Source of the DNA: Tubiluchus corallicola
Taxonomy: Eukaryota > Animalia > Priapulida
Direction of reading: 5' to 3'
Length of the DNA stretch: 50,016 nt
Assembly (NCBI GenBank): GCA_030141605.1
Contig: JAQGDQ010001277.1
Span: forward strand, 1-50,016
A model generated the notes under the pieces. The model saw only the letters and a list, made by a program, of their open reading frames with translations. It ran no database searches and was not told the origin of the DNA. A program made the translations under genes and the position numbers. Positions 25,211 through 39,100 of this stretch are shown here, piece after piece (position 1 is the first letter of the stretch; each line of letters starts with the position of its first letter).

Positions 25211-25612
25211 TTATTATAAATAAATAATAATAATAATAGTTTTGGGGAAACAGAGAGTGAAGTGTGATTTAGAACTGCAAAAATTCAGGATACGTATCAC
25301 GTTAAAATATATAGTAGGCCTTATTGAGCATTCAGTTACACAAGCTGCGTCTATTGCTATCATAAAATAAAAATTGCTATAAACCTAGAGATTGTAAACT
25401 TTATCATACGTAAGATGGCAGCACGCGGTTTTGTAGAATTGTTGACAGAGTTCATTTTGGAAGTTCCAAACTGAATTTCATCACAATAAAAATTGCGTTT
25501 CATTGTGTATTTGAAACTCAGTGAACACAGATTGATGAACGGAACATACCAAGCTAGAATTCCTGAAAAAAATCGTTGGAATGATCGAAAAAAGCATTAA
25601 TGCAAAGTCAAA

Positions 25613-26371
25613 ATGCAACAAGGACAGAGTGCCAAAGGGTTAGAAGTACCAGGAAACGTGACGCAACGAGGAAAAAGAGGGTCATGGCCACCGAGCGTCA
25701 GCGCGTCAAGTCTCAGACAAAAATTCCAAAAAGAACCATTGCCAGAAGGTAGCGCGAGGCAGAAGATTGAAAGACCATCGTGGATTCAGCGACATCTACG
25801 ACACCTAAGAGGGACAGAACAACAAACAAACGCAGCGACGACCGAAAATGAAGGAGAAACTTCAACTTCAACTTCAGAAACTTCAACTTCACCTGTGTTT
25901 ACGAGAAAGAACAAAATCCTGAAATTTTTAACCAAAAAAGATAATATTTTACTGTGGCTAATCGTAATTTCTGTGTTTATTGGTATTGGAGTTGGAGCAG
26001 GTCTGCACGGAACTGGTCTCACTAGAAGGCAGATCATGTATCTCAGCTTCCCCGGTGAGATTTTTTTACGAATGCTAAAGGCTATGATCCTGCCTCTCAT
26101 CATGTCAAGTATAATATCTGGTTTAGCAGCCTTGGATACCAAACTTTCTGGACGTATGGGTGGTGTGACTGTAGTTTACTATCTATCTACTACGTTTCTT
26201 GCAGTATTTCTGGGAATTGTTATAGTTTATAGCATGAGACCCGGCTACCATAAAGCAAGCAGTGATGAAATTAAAAAGGATGGAGGAAGACCTGCAATTG
26301 TTCCAGATGCTTTCCTGGATCTGATAAGAAGCATGTTTCCTCCTAACCTTGTTGCAGCTTGTATCCAAAAG
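25613..26371 (+). CDS. SLC1 paralog B coding exon 1 (long N-terminal tail, TM1-TM4 start)
   Basis: MQQGQS...[18 protein letters not shown]|gtaaaa, phase 0. Confidence 0.92.
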
Positions 26372-26713
26372 GTAAAATTCCTTAGCATGTTGGAGCGCCA
26401 AAAAGTTGTCACCCCTAAGTGCTCTTTCTGGCTACCTACCTGACAGACACGCCACCATCTGGATTAGGTTCCGCGATTGGATCAGCATTATTAAGACGCA
26501 GTGCATTCCTTGTTGTATGTCTAACCCAATACTTCAAAATCATACATACAATACAACCCAATACATACATACATACATGCATACATACATACGTACGTAC
26601 GTACATACATACATACATACATACATACATACATACATACATACATACATACATACATACATACATACATACATACATACATACATACATACATACATAC
26701 ATACGAACGCACG

Positions 26714-26749
<36 letters not shown>

Positions 26750-29700
26750 TACCACCAACGCAACAGGGTCATTAGGTGAGTCACTGGGAAAGATTCAGAT
26801 TTTGGTACCTACTCAGTGTCTTCAAATTCGCCCAGCGGGGACCTGGTCCCATTGACTGCCCAACCTTAGACAATGATAACTACAGACATAACACATAGTT
26901 CAAAACGCGTTTCATCAACGTAAACCAACATCAACAATGACAAAAAAGAGAAGGGGCTCCTACAACATGATCACAAATTGACAAAAAGCTAGACAAATTT
27001 CTCATCACCAAAATCACATCAAGGCAACAGCCACTTAAGTTTCTCAACACCAAAATCACATAAAGGCAACAGCCACTTAAGTTTCTCATCACCAAAATCA
27101 AATCAAGGCAACAGCCACTTAAGTTTCTCATCACCAAAATCAAATCAAGGCAACAGCCGCTTGAGTTTCTCGTCACCAAAATCAAATCAAGGCTACAGCC
27201 ACTTAAGTTTCTCATCACCAAAATCAAATCAAGGCAACAGCCGCTTGAGTTTCTGAACACCAAAATCACATAAAGGCAACAGCCACTTAAGTTTCTCAAC
27301 ACCAAAATCACATCAAGGCAACAGCCACTTGAGTTTCTCATTACCAAAATCACATCAAGGCAACAGCCACTTAAGTTTCTCATCACCAAAATCCAATCAA
27401 GGCAACAGCCACTTGAGTTTCTCAACCTAAAATCACATCAAGGCAACAGCCACTTAACTTTCTCAACACCAAAATCACATAAAGGCAACAGCCACTTGAG
27501 TTTCTCGACACCAAAATCACATACAGGCAACAGCCACTTAAGTTTCTCATCACCAAAATCAAATCAAGGCAACAGCCACTTGAGTTTCTCAACACCAAAA
27601 TAACATCAAGGCAACAGCCACTTAAGTTTCTCAACACCAAAGTCACATCAAGGCAAAAGCCACTCAAGTTTCTCAAAACCAAAATCACATCAAGGCAACA
27701 GCCACTGAAGTTTCTCAACACCAAAATCACATCAAGGCAACAGCCACTTAAGTTTCTCAACACCAAAATCACATTAAGGCAACAGCCACTGAAGTTTCTC
27801 AACACCAAAATCAAATCAAGGCAACAGCCACTCAAGTTTCTCAACACCAAAATCACATCAAGGCAACAGCCACTTAAGTTTCTCAAAACCAAAATCACAT
27901 CAAGGCAAACACTTTGTTGATAATTACAAATACACAAAGAGCCAATTATAGAGAAGACAACAAACTTGCAAGAATTTCCAAGAAACAATAGATTGCATGT
28001 TAATACTAGTATTATTGCTAATTAATAAGAAAATCCAATAGTAAATAAGCTGAGCTCATAGAATCAAACGAAAAAAAGTTCAGTAAGACGATCCAGATTA
28101 ACTATTTAAAGGATCAGAAAAGGGGTACCCGAAGTAGGCTTCGGAAAAATCGCCTTGAAAATTATATTACTTTACTGCAATTTTATGCGTATATGGTACT
28201 CGCGTTACAAGGAATTTTTTGTTTGTTTTTATTCTAAATTTCCCGCAATACTGTTACGAAGTCGCCATTACATGACGTCACTTACGCAAAGGTAAATCGG
28301 GTAAGAAAAGGCAATGCTAAATTATGTCCCGAAAAACTTTCCATGCATATATATATATATATTACTTAGCGTTTCGCTTGCCTGCTGGAATGATTTTTTG
28401 TCTAATATGAGTGGCACAAGCGAGATGTTTAAATTGATTTTCCTGATTACACGAGGCAAGCTGTGATGACGTAAGCTGGTGTCTGCTGGGCAGCGTGAAT
28501 GTTGCGAAGGCAAGCTGTGATGACGTAAGCTGGTGTCTGCTGGGCAGCGTGAATGCAGTGAAGGCAAGCTGTGGTGACGTAAGCTGGTGTCTGCTGGGCA
28601 GCGTGAATGCAGTGAAGGCAAGCTGTGATGACGTAAGCTGGTGTCTGCTGGGCAGCGTGAATGCAGTAAAGGCAAGCTGTGATGACGTAAGCTGGTTTCT
28701 GCTGGGCAGCGTGAATGCAGTGAAGGCAAGCTGTGGTGAAGGTACGCGTTGAGAAATTTCTACAGTTCAGTCAGAAGTTCAGTTATTCTGCGTTGTATTT
28801 AATTGCGTTTATGTAAAAATTAGTCATTTGATCAATTATGACCAAGGTTAAAGTGGATACATAACTTCAACCCACAGGATTGTACCGTAAAATGTGCAAG
28901 TAGTATACAGTAATTACGTAAATGTAATTAATTTACAGATATTTGTTGACTTCTAGATACATATGTAAACTTGAGAACATACAGTAGGTACTGGGCGGGT
29001 TACTTAGTTTATAGAGTTCGGTCTATAAGTCAAAAAAATTGCTTAAGCACTTGGTAGAATAATTGTTTATATTGCACGTTAACAAGATGACGCCATTTTT
29101 CACCAAAATGAGTGCGCCCAATCATGAAGTGATCGCGATTTTAAATTGATTTTACTAATTACACGAGACGCTTATCGCAATTTCATTGATAAAAACTTTC
29201 AAGTATTCTTTTCAAATATTAGAATGAGCTCAAATTCCCGAGAGACTTGACTTTTGATTAAAATTTCCCTTTAGCTGGTTAAGCAAAAGTAATTCCTCGT
29301 TTGTTTATTTTCAAAATGTAGGAATACACAACTCTTTATGAGCCAAAGTTGAAGGAACCAATGAATGACAGTGATGTTACTAACAGTACGGACACGCCGT
29401 CTCCTAACGACACGCAGCCAACAAAGGAACCAGAATATATAGGTAAGAATATACAGAATACAAGTAACATTGTAAAGTAACATATCTACAGACATTCAAC
29501 TTTATAATAACCACACATTGTAGTTCCCTTGTAATTATATTACATTATACAGTGTTGTAAGGTGCTAAAATAGGTACCTTAAAGCATAATCTTTAAATGA
29601 GTTCTTAACCTTTAATTTTACATTTTCGTTTAGATCTACAGTACAACCATATTTAAATCTTAAACTTGCTTGACTGTTATTTACAGAATTGCATAGCTTT

Positions 29701-32700
29701 GGAATTCTCAATGTACAAGACTATGCAATATTTCTCACAAAGTTTAATTTTCGACAATCTATTAAATAATTCGCAGGCATTGTGCCACAAAAATACATTA
29801 ACAATTTCACGCTTTCATTTTGACTAAAACCGAATATTTTTCTATTAGCAGTGTTCCATTTTACCAGCATTAACTTCATTGTTTGATATACCCCCAATTT
29901 CGCATCCGTATAATAAAATGGGTGTAAATATCCATATTAGGATGTGGTGAAAAAAACTTTCTCTTTACAACTTTTTCTACTTTGAAGGTTTGAGGAGATA
30001 CTAACAAGGGGAAAATTTTCAGCTAGATTAAGCTTTGGGAACACGTGTCTCCACCTATGTTAAGATTTCGGAATTGTGCTCATTTGTGTAATAATTTGAG
30101 AAACTTTAAAAACTATTACATCCACTCCACTGATCTAGCAATTTTCACTAGTAATTTGGAATGGTTAGTAGTTATCGCACATAGAACCAGAGGCGGATTA
30201 TGATTTTATGGGCCTTAGGCTTGAGCTTGGAACGGGCCTTTTAAATGTTGCTACACCGCTAAGCTGACGTGTTTTTGTGGAGCTCTCGTCGTTTGTAAGT
30301 TTGTTTAATTTTGTGAGTTTTTGCCCACCGATTGTGATAAAAATTATATCTTCTTGATCCTTGAGTTGTGGACTAGGACTATATAAACACGATTACAGCT
30401 TGGTGAGTTTCTGGGTTAGATGTCAACTAAAATAAGCCAACTGAAAGTAACTTTAGTTTCTTACTAATTTCTTATATCTCTAAAGGATGACAAATTAAAC
30501 AATTTATCACTGATGCATATTGAGTCAGATATGTTGAAAAAAATGGACTTTTCAGAAATTATAACTGACTTTGCCCCCAGAAAAATTCGGAAACTGAAAT
30601 TTTGAACTTAAACTTAAACTGTGTAAACGTGAATTGTGTAAACTTAAATTGTGTAAACTTGAATTGTGTAAACTTAAATTGTGTAAACTTGAATTGTGTA
30701 AACTTAAATTGTGTAAACTTGATTTGTGTAAACCCGATTTGAAATATATTGACTGACTTTTGAAAAAAAACTTTTTTCTATATTTTATTTTGGCAGGCCC
30801 CTTGCTCTTTTGTCAATTTATTTTTTTTACTAAAAAAATTTTTTTTCGTTTTATTTTGCCGGGCCCCTTTTGATCCCGGGCCTTAGGCTTCAGCCTATTC
30901 AGCCTATAGGGCTATCCGCTACAGCATAGAACTGTGTTAGTCTTGGACATTAGAAAGCTGTTATTCCAAAACTTAAAAATGTGTGTATTTATACATATAT
31001 CTCTATATGTTAACTTATATAGTGCTTTAAAATTATCCCTATGGAACAAATACTTTTTAGAACAAATATAGAACAACTATATAGCAAATTATAACTAGTA
31101 AAGCCTCAGCTGGTGAGTCTTTTGTGTACTGTTTTCATTCAGTGATATGATTTCACCAGGATTTTAGGTGGTCTAGATGCTTAGTATAATAAATATAACT
31201 ATCACACTGCATAAATTCAAGTAATACAATCGTTAGGTCAACGGAACAGAACTGACCTCCATTTCAGATGCTTAGTAGAATGAATAAAACTATCACACTG
31301 CATAAATCTTAGTAATAAAATCGTTAGGTCAACGGAACAGAACTGACCTCCATTTCAGATGCTTAGTAGAATGAATATAACTATCACACTGCATAAATCT
31401 TAGTAATAAAATCGTTAGGTCAACGGAACAGAACTGACCTCCATTTCAGATGCTTAGTAGCATGAATAAAACTATCACACTGCATAAATCTTAGTAATAA
31501 AATCGTTAGGTCAACGGAACAGAATTGACATCCATTTCAGATGCTTAGTAGAATGAATAAAACTATCACACTGCATAAATCTTAGTAATAAAATCGTTAG
31601 GTCAACGGAACAGAATTGACATCCATTTCAGATGTTTAGTAGAATGAATAAAACGATGCAAAATAGATTTAAAGTACAGATTAGAAATATCAAAAAAGTC
31701 TATTTCTAAAAGAAAATGCAAACTTGGTATAAGTACGTGGAAATATGGGATGCCATATAATACCGTCATTTCACGAGCACTGCTAACATGAGGATGTGAA
31801 GAGTTTGCATATTCACTTGTAATAAGTGATTTTCATTTCCTTCAAGTTCAAGGGGGGGGGGCATAATTTCATTAGCCCAGGGTCCCCCAAAAGTTCATAA
31901 TCCAGCCTTGTGTACCGACAATGATTATGAACAAGTTCAGTCGTGGCGGCTCGCGGTTAAATTTGTGGGGGTGCTGCAAAATTGATTTTTAGCCATTGTT
32001 ACAATGCTGTGTGAAACAAAACAAAACACACGTAATTTTAGTGTTGCAATTGTAATTTTATACAAACAAACTAATTTAAACATAACCTTGATAAACTCCT
32101 AAACAAAGAATATTGTTTGCTTAGGAAGTGCCTAACTTGTCGTGGTTCCAAGAATATGCCGATACGCGGTTTTTAAACACGTGACAAATGACAACACATA
32201 CTGTATGAGGGACAGTACTCTTTCTACCTGAAGCGTAGGGTCTTATCTCAAACAGGTGTGCATGTCCCCATGCGCCTAACAGCCAAACACCGCATTGCTG
32301 GAGCACACTGTGCTGGGCTGTGAAGCAAATTATACTTCCCTCACGTGTGCCGGTTCCGAACAAGTATAAAAAAGAACTAAAAAAAGTCTTTTTATATTTA
32401 ATATCATCGATAGTAATGAGTGAAAACAGGGGGTGCTGCAGTTCCATTGTGACCTATGCACGAACTGTCACTGATATTCAATAAGTTATCATTTATACGT
32501 ATCCTTCTTCTGTAGGTGGTGATCCAGACGACCCCTATACGTGGGATTTTAAAACAGATTCGAAGGTACATGGGATTAATATCATGGGCCTTGTGGTCTT
32601 CTGCGTGGCATTCGGAATCGTAATTGGCAGACTTGGAGAAATGGGAATTCCACTCGTTCATTTCTTTAGCTCCCTGAACCTAGCTGTCATGAAACTTGTG

Positions 32701-35700
32701 CACATCGTCATGTGGTAAGCAGTCATAATATTCGTTAGACAGCTATAGATGTATAAGTTTTGATACGTTTCAAATCACCTTTAGGATTGTAAAGTACTTG
32801 AATACAATGTGTGTCATTGATATCAGTTTGATATGACAAGTAGTGTCGCAAATGTCAGCTCAATTTAATATTTAGTTTTCCGTTAATTAGTTATTATTAA
32901 TTATAACTTCTGGTCTTACTGCTTTCATACAGTTATTTAATATTAAACTTATTTATTCTCCGCAATTTTAATGCTTAATAACTCGTAAGCCTTCGAAGCT
33001 AGTGCCAGCAAACCGAATGATATGAGTTATGCCGAGATTGGTTGACCTTTGACCCCGTGATAGTTGGGCTGAACAGTTAAATGCCGAGGTTTTATTGTGA
33101 AAGCCATTTCCCACGTATTCAGGCAATTCAATTAAAGGACTTTCAAGAAATCATCTCTTCATTTTTAAGGCCCAATTTTTGTCACTATTGTTGCAAAATC
33201 TTTAGTCTCTGACCACGCCTGAAACATTGTGAACTAGTTGACTTAATTTTCATTGCCACTACGTTTGTCCTGACACCTACCAACACACATGCCATATATC
33301 ACCTTACACGTATTTTGTTTGTTAACAAGGACACTTTGTTTCCTGTGTATAATGTAATGGTTCTTCACGTTATATTGCTAAATAAGAAAAACAGGTATAA
33401 GCATCGACAGTTTGCAGTTCAAAATGACATTTTTTGATCAGATGAATAGATCTTACTTTGACTGTTTTTCAACAATGCTTACCATTTCTGTGCATGAGCG
33501 TAATAACCAATAGGCTAACTAGGGTATAGCCTAAGGCGCCAAAGTTTCAGGGCGTCACATTTTGGAAAAAAATTCCTTATCTCTTCGCAAAATGAGTATA
33601 TGTACTTTCATATTCATGCAAAGGGCGCATTTTATAACACACAACAGGCAGTTACAGACAACAGCTTTTATATATGTGCCACATAATGAACAGGTGCAAC
33701 GTATTACATTAGAAGTAGTTGTGCAGCCTGCTTGAATATAAACGCTATGCAAATACTAATGACCACGTAGAAAGTTTGTTAATAGTGTTTCAAATATAAA
33801 ACCAGTAATTCTTTTGTCTTTTCATTACATAAACAAAAATAAATTCACAATAGAAATTGAACAGAATTTCAACAGAACTATCAGCGTATGGCGTCATAAA
33901 GTTTTGATACACCCCTGTTTCTGTGTACATCTGGATAGAAAACGATTTTTTGTAAAATATAATGCAGATCATTTCTGACAGTTTGAATAACCTGACCAAC
34001 CAAATACAGTAGCTACAACTCGAGGTTTAGAACTCTCAATTTGTCCCTCTAACCATCTCAAGTCATTACTGTCAGACCATTATACGAAACAATACACAAG
34101 AGAAAGAAGAATTTAGATTTCTTGAAAACAAATTCATAACATTCTGATACTAATCCAGTCGCCACCAGGCCAGCCTTTTAGATCTAAAATAATTGTTATT
34201 GTGAGTACAGGGTGTCTCATAAGCCGCTATACGCTTTGACATTTATTTTTCTTTTTAAATTTTTTCTCCAGTCTCAGCAAGTTCTTACATGAATCAAAAG
34301 GGGCCTTTGGCAACTCTTTTCATTTATTTTTTACTAGAACCCGGTTGCTATGGTGACGAAAGTAACGTTAGGAGTCTACTAGCGGTCAGCTCGCGAAACA
34401 ACGGACTGTTTCCATAGTATGTGAGACTTTTAACGATCCAGATATTGTCCGATTCTTCCGAAATCCGGCAAATCAAGATTTGAGTGTAATATGAAACAGG
34501 GCTAGCCGATGACACAACATCATCAATAAGTGGTGACATTTATCGTTTTCCCAAGCAAAATGATCTTGCTGATACCTTGGTATGTTTGTTTAGGTTATCT
34601 CCAATTGGAATCTGCTTTCTGATAGCTGGCAAGGTCGTTGCCATGGATGACTACAAAAGGATGTTGGGTCGAATTGGCATGTACATGCTTACTGTCATAG
34701 TTGGACTGGCAATTCATGCGTTTATCTTATTGCCTGCCGTGTATTTTATCTTTGCCAGAAAGAATCCACTGTGGCACTTTTGTGGAGTTATGGAAGCCTT
34801 GTTAACAGCATTTGGAACTGCCTCTAGGTAAATGATGGGAGATTTGGCAATCTGCAAGCCATAATCCAACACTCAACTGCAGGGCCAGCTGGAGTGAAAG
34901 GCTGGGTTTGACTTGTAGAGGTACTAGGTGGCCAAAACTCAAAGGTCAGCTCTGATGGCACATTGAACATGGACAGTATCAGAGTACGTGACTTGAAGAC
35001 CCATATTATTGTCTCTCTCTGCCCTTTCTTCTGTCCAACTCATGTCTACTTCTCCATACGTGTATTCATTATTATATGTATTTCGGAAAAGGAAAATAAA
35101 ATATTTCTCTATTTCGGTGTCTTTGTTTATACCTATGGCTATCCACATGTCTACGTCTGTGTCTATGTTTCTACATCTACGTAAGTGTCTGCATCTATGT
35201 CTGTCCATGTCTGTGTCTATGTCTGCTTGTTTCTATATTTATGCCTCTCTGTTTCGATGTCTATGTCTTATTCTGGTGAAACATCGTAGCATTGGCCTAG
35301 TGGCCGCATGTGACAGTGTCTGCATTATACTGCAACGGTAGAAATAAATAGCAATTTTTTGGAAAATATTTTCAACTAGAAAATATTCGTGCAAGGTCAT
35401 ACTTATGGTGCAGACAAATCGATGAAGGGCATTGCCACATCCGAATACTTTGCAATAATGGCACAGTTAGTCATCACTTAGCGACTCCCCGCTTAGTGAC
35501 GTTTCGCTTAACGACGCATTTTGCTGGAACGCATAATTAGGGAGGACTTACTGCATTATGCTAAATCAGTTTCTCATACTCAGTCTACTGCACAGTGCAG
35601 ACTAACTAATTCTAATACTATGCCTTGCTATGACAATTTTAGACTTCTTTTTTGCAATTTGAATTGGAAGTTTTCTTAAGCAGCTTATATTTATAATCTT

Positions 35701-36314
35701 TACAAATTTAATCTTATCTATCGAAGAATTTTCATTATTATAATTTGGTTTTAAATTTCAAATAAAGTTTATCGTATTTATTCTGCAGACATTTGTATCA
35801 GATGCTGTAATGCACAGTATACATTAGAGAACATTTATTGAAAAACCCACATAACTTTTATGCACACTAATGTATAATAATATTATAATGTAATTAACTA
35901 TGAGAACTGTAGCTATATTTGTTTTGCATGTAGTGTATGTGTAAAAAAAGATATTGTGCTTTTGCAAATGGAGAATAAATTAGATATATTATTATATAAT
36001 AATACAGCAGCTTTCTGAAATGCTTGCGTTTAACATACGTGTTTGTGTAATCAAGACAGTGGTATTTTCAGTTCTGCTACTTTACCTGTAACACTTGCCA
36101 ATATTGAAGATAATCGCCATATAGACACAAGAGTAGCAAACTTTGTATTGCCTATAGGAGCCACTATAAACATGGATGGCACTGCTTTATATGAAGCTGT
36201 GGCAGTAATATTTATTGCACAAGTCAATGGAGTGCAACTTGGTGCTGGAAATCTTATAGCTTTAAGGTAAATTAGTATGTTGCATCGATAGTATCCCAAT
36301 TCTCTGTTTTATTT

Positions 36315-36375
<61 letters not shown>

Positions 36376-36811
36376 GTTTCTCTGTCTCTCTTTCTGTGTC
36401 TAAGTCTCTCACTTTGCCTCTTTATCTTTAACATTCTCTTTCTTTTTCCTCTCTCTCTTTCTCTCCAGTCTTCCCCTCCTCTCCCCATGACTCTCTCGCT
36501 CTCCTTTTCTCTCTCTCTCTCTCTCTGTCTGTCTCCCTTTCTGTGTCTAAGTCTCTCACTCTGCCTCTTTCTCTCTGTCTTTTTTCTTTCTCTTTCACTT
36601 CTTCTTTCTTTTTCCCCCCTCTCTCTCTTCCTCTCCCATCTTCCCTTCGTCTCCCCACGTCTCTCTTTCTCTTTTTCTCTGTCATTCTCCCTCCCTCTCT
36701 CGCTCCCTCTCTCGTTCTCTTTTTTTCTCTCTCTCTGTCTCTCTTTCTGTGTCTAAGTCTCCCACTCTGCCTCTTTCTCTGTGTCTTTTTTCTTCTCTTT
36801 CACTTTGTCTC

Positions 36812-36879
<68 letters not shown>

Positions 36880-37302
36880 TCTCTCATCTTTATCCCATCT
36901 TTGAATATCAATTACATCAACAGGATGCTTTTTATTAAAAAGAACCTTGACACAACACAGTAAACGAGAACCCGTTGTTTGTTTCAGCATAACAGCAACT
37001 GCAGCTAGCATTGGTGCAGCTGGTATACCACAAGCAGGGTTGGTCACCATGTACATGGTTCTTGTGGCAGTTGGACTACCTGTTGACGATATCTCTCTTA
37101 TAATCTCTGTCGATTGGTTGTTGTAAGTAATTTCTAGTTTTCCTCTAGTAAGAATTAGCAAGAAATTGAGGCTAACATTTTCCTTTTAGTGATGGATGGG
37201 TAAGTTTGTTTATTGTTCATGACAGCATAATTTTGGTGTGCATGCAAGAACAACAAAAGGAATAATGATAGATTGATAAGGGATTAATAATAATAATAAT
37301 TA

Positions 37303-37392
<90 letters not shown>

Positions 37393-37816
37393 TAAATAAT
37401 AACAATAATAACAACAACAACAACAACAATAATAATAATAATAACAACAATAACAATAATAATAATAATAATAATAATAACAACAACAATAATAATAATT
37501 ATAATTATCTTTTTTAAACTGTGTCTTTGTTTAAACATTTAACATAGCATGAATTAGCATTATTGTCAGTGAAATATAGCATGCAAAGTAGGCCTATTTT
37601 TGCTGTTACAGGGACAGATTTCGTACAGCTGTGAATGTTTGGGGTGACTCAGTGGGCGCAGGGATTGTGCAGCATTTTGTTCAACATCGTCTAGATGGGG
37701 AAGATTCCTCCCCAAGCGTTGGACCTTCCGCAATCGAGCAATTTGGAACGAGGCACACTCTGGACGATTTCTCCCCAATGAATGTTGATATTGTGAGACA
37801 ACGTAGTTTTCTCTGA
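25613..37816 (+). CDS. SLC1-family excitatory amino acid transporter (EAAT-like), paralog B; 7 coding exons, 615 aa
   Basis: Exons 25613-26371, 29322-29442, 32516-32714, 34594-34827, 36072-36266, 36988-37122, 37612-37816; total 1848 nt; GT-AG and phase-compatible. [31 protein letters not shown] and DRFRT are intact. Confidence 0.93.
26995..27908. repeat. 42-bp minisatellite, about 22 copies
   Basis: Unit AAGTTTCTCAACACCAAAATCACATCAAGGCAACAGCCACTT. Confidence 0.96.
28454..28738. repeat. 54-bp tandem repeat, about 5 copies
   Basis: aggcaagctg at 28454, 28508, 28562 and onward. Confidence 0.95.
29322..29442 (+). CDS. SLC1 paralog B coding exon 2 (glycosylated loop)
   Basis: tgtag|[40 protein letters not shown]|gtaaga; 121 nt, phase 0 to 1; sequons NDS, NST, NDT. 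Confidence 0.85.
30188..30924 (+). mobile_element. Internally deleted hAT (Tip100-like) transposon with a transposase C-terminal remnant
   Basis: 8-bp TSD CATAGAAC; imperfect TIRs CAGAGGCGGAT / ATCCGCTACAG; subterminal GGGCCTTAGGCTT at both ends. 30486-30605 encodes [39 protein letters not shown], resembling the end of the hAT dimerisation domain. Confidence 0.85.
31175..31653. repeat. 91-bp tandem repeat, about 5 copies
   Basis: agatgcttagta at 31175, 31266, 31357 and onward. Confidence 0.95.
32516..32714 (+). CDS. SLC1 paralog B coding exon 3
   Basis: [11 protein letters not shown]...[19 protein letters not shown]...[10 protein letters not shown]|gtaagc. Confidence 0.92.
34594..34827 (+). 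CDS. SLC1 paralog B coding exon 4
   Basis: [15 protein letters not shown]...ARKNPL...AFGTAS|gtaaat. Confidence 0.93.
36072..36266 (+). CDS. SLC1 paralog B coding exon 5
   Basis: SSATLP...[22 protein letters not shown]; 195 nt. Confidence 0.94.
36315..36885. repeat. Degenerate (CT)n polypyrimidine tract with a recurring ctgtgtctaagtctc spacer
   Basis: Direct reading. Confidence 0.9.
36988..37122 (+). CDS. SLC1 paralog B coding exon 6
   Basis: [25 protein letters not shown]...VDWL; 135 nt. Confidence 0.94.
37612..37816 (+). CDS. SLC1 paralog B terminal coding exon
   Basis: ttacag|G GAC AGA TTT CGT ACA (DRFRT)...RQRSFL TGA. Confidence 0.92.
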
Positions 37817-38569
37817 GCAAGATGGCGGCGTCAGGAATGTGCTAAAAATTCAACGTTTAATTTACCTCGTCACAAAGTTTAGTATTGCTATTTCGTTAGT
37901 AAATGTCAGTTTCTTGAAAGTCTGGCAATTGGTTGTGCTGTGCCTTTCCTGCTTGATTTTAATAATTTTGTAATAAATCGGTAACGTTTAAATCTCAGTT
38001 TACTTTTAAAATTTTACTTTTATTTTTGCTTTAATTTATTTTATTTTATTTAATTTATTTTAATCTACTTTACGTTAGATTATCTAATTTCTTAGATACA
38101 TTGCTAGGAGACACAAAAACAAGATAATTACTACAAAAATTTCATTTAGAACAGGATAAGTCGGTTAGAATTCTTATTACCGTTATAACCGATTATATTC
38201 GATTATAACAGTTTATATAATTGTCGTTTTTGCTTTTTGGACTCAAAGTAAGCTTACTTGAATGAAAAGGAGAAAATTTTAAACAAAAGTCCATGATTGG
38301 ATTTGCTGAAATGACGCCATCTTGTATTTTACTCTTGAGCTTCCAGAACTCCCATAAACGATTTATTAATAGACGGTTTAAGCGAAAACGCGTTTATAAG
38401 AATCATATTTATATATACGATTTATTTCGAATTATTGTAAATACAATACATTCATTCGGTCAGCTGTGTAAATAAATAAATAAATAAATAATGTCTGTTA
38501 GTAAATTCGGTTAGTAAGTAGAATATAATTAGTATTATATTCTAATTACGGAAATGAAGTAGAACTCCA

Positions 38570-39100
38570 AGTGTGCGTAATGCGTAATGCGTGATGCGTA
38601 ATGCGTATTGAGTGTTTCCGTGTGTCTATGAACGCTATGCGTATTAACATTGAAACCACAGACAATGTGGGGTTTGCCTCCCTTCTAAACACTGGCACAT
38701 ATTATTGTCTACATAACCAATACTGAACAGAAAATCATTTAAATTGCCTTGACCTGTTAGAAATGTGCGGGCTAAGTCCTCAAGTTTTCTATTACCTCTC
38801 TGTACTGGAATATTCAAGGGAGCTGCAGTTAATAAATATGGATAAACTGGAGATGTCTCCACAAAGATAAAATTGTGACACTTACATTTCCATATTGCCA
38901 ATATCACTTTTACGATATTAATGGCTGCTTGGGCGATTTCTAGATTTTCGGGCAGCAAAATCTTTAGCCATTCTGAAAAACTCCAATAAATCCAAGCGTA
39001 AAAATGCCTGTTTAGAGTTATTGAACTGTTCGACATTGACAAAGTTTATAAGATAAATTTCGTTGTTAGACATTTTCTCTCTAAAGGCAGCATTCCACAT
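38570..39100 (-). mobile_element. Degenerate non-LTR retrotransposon remnant (R1/I-like ORF2 C-terminus)
   Basis: FLTGQGNLNDFLFSIGYVDNNMCQCLEGRQTPHCLWFQC resembles the LTGHG..C.C..T..H..C zinc knuckle; short (GCGTAAT)n run at its 3' side. Confidence 0.45.

Noticed and set aside
26931-27988. Cys-rich 14-aa repeat ORFs ([14 protein letters not shown])
   Set aside because: Translation of a 42-bp intronic minisatellite; a frameshift at about 27424 splits it and there is no non-repeat coding context.
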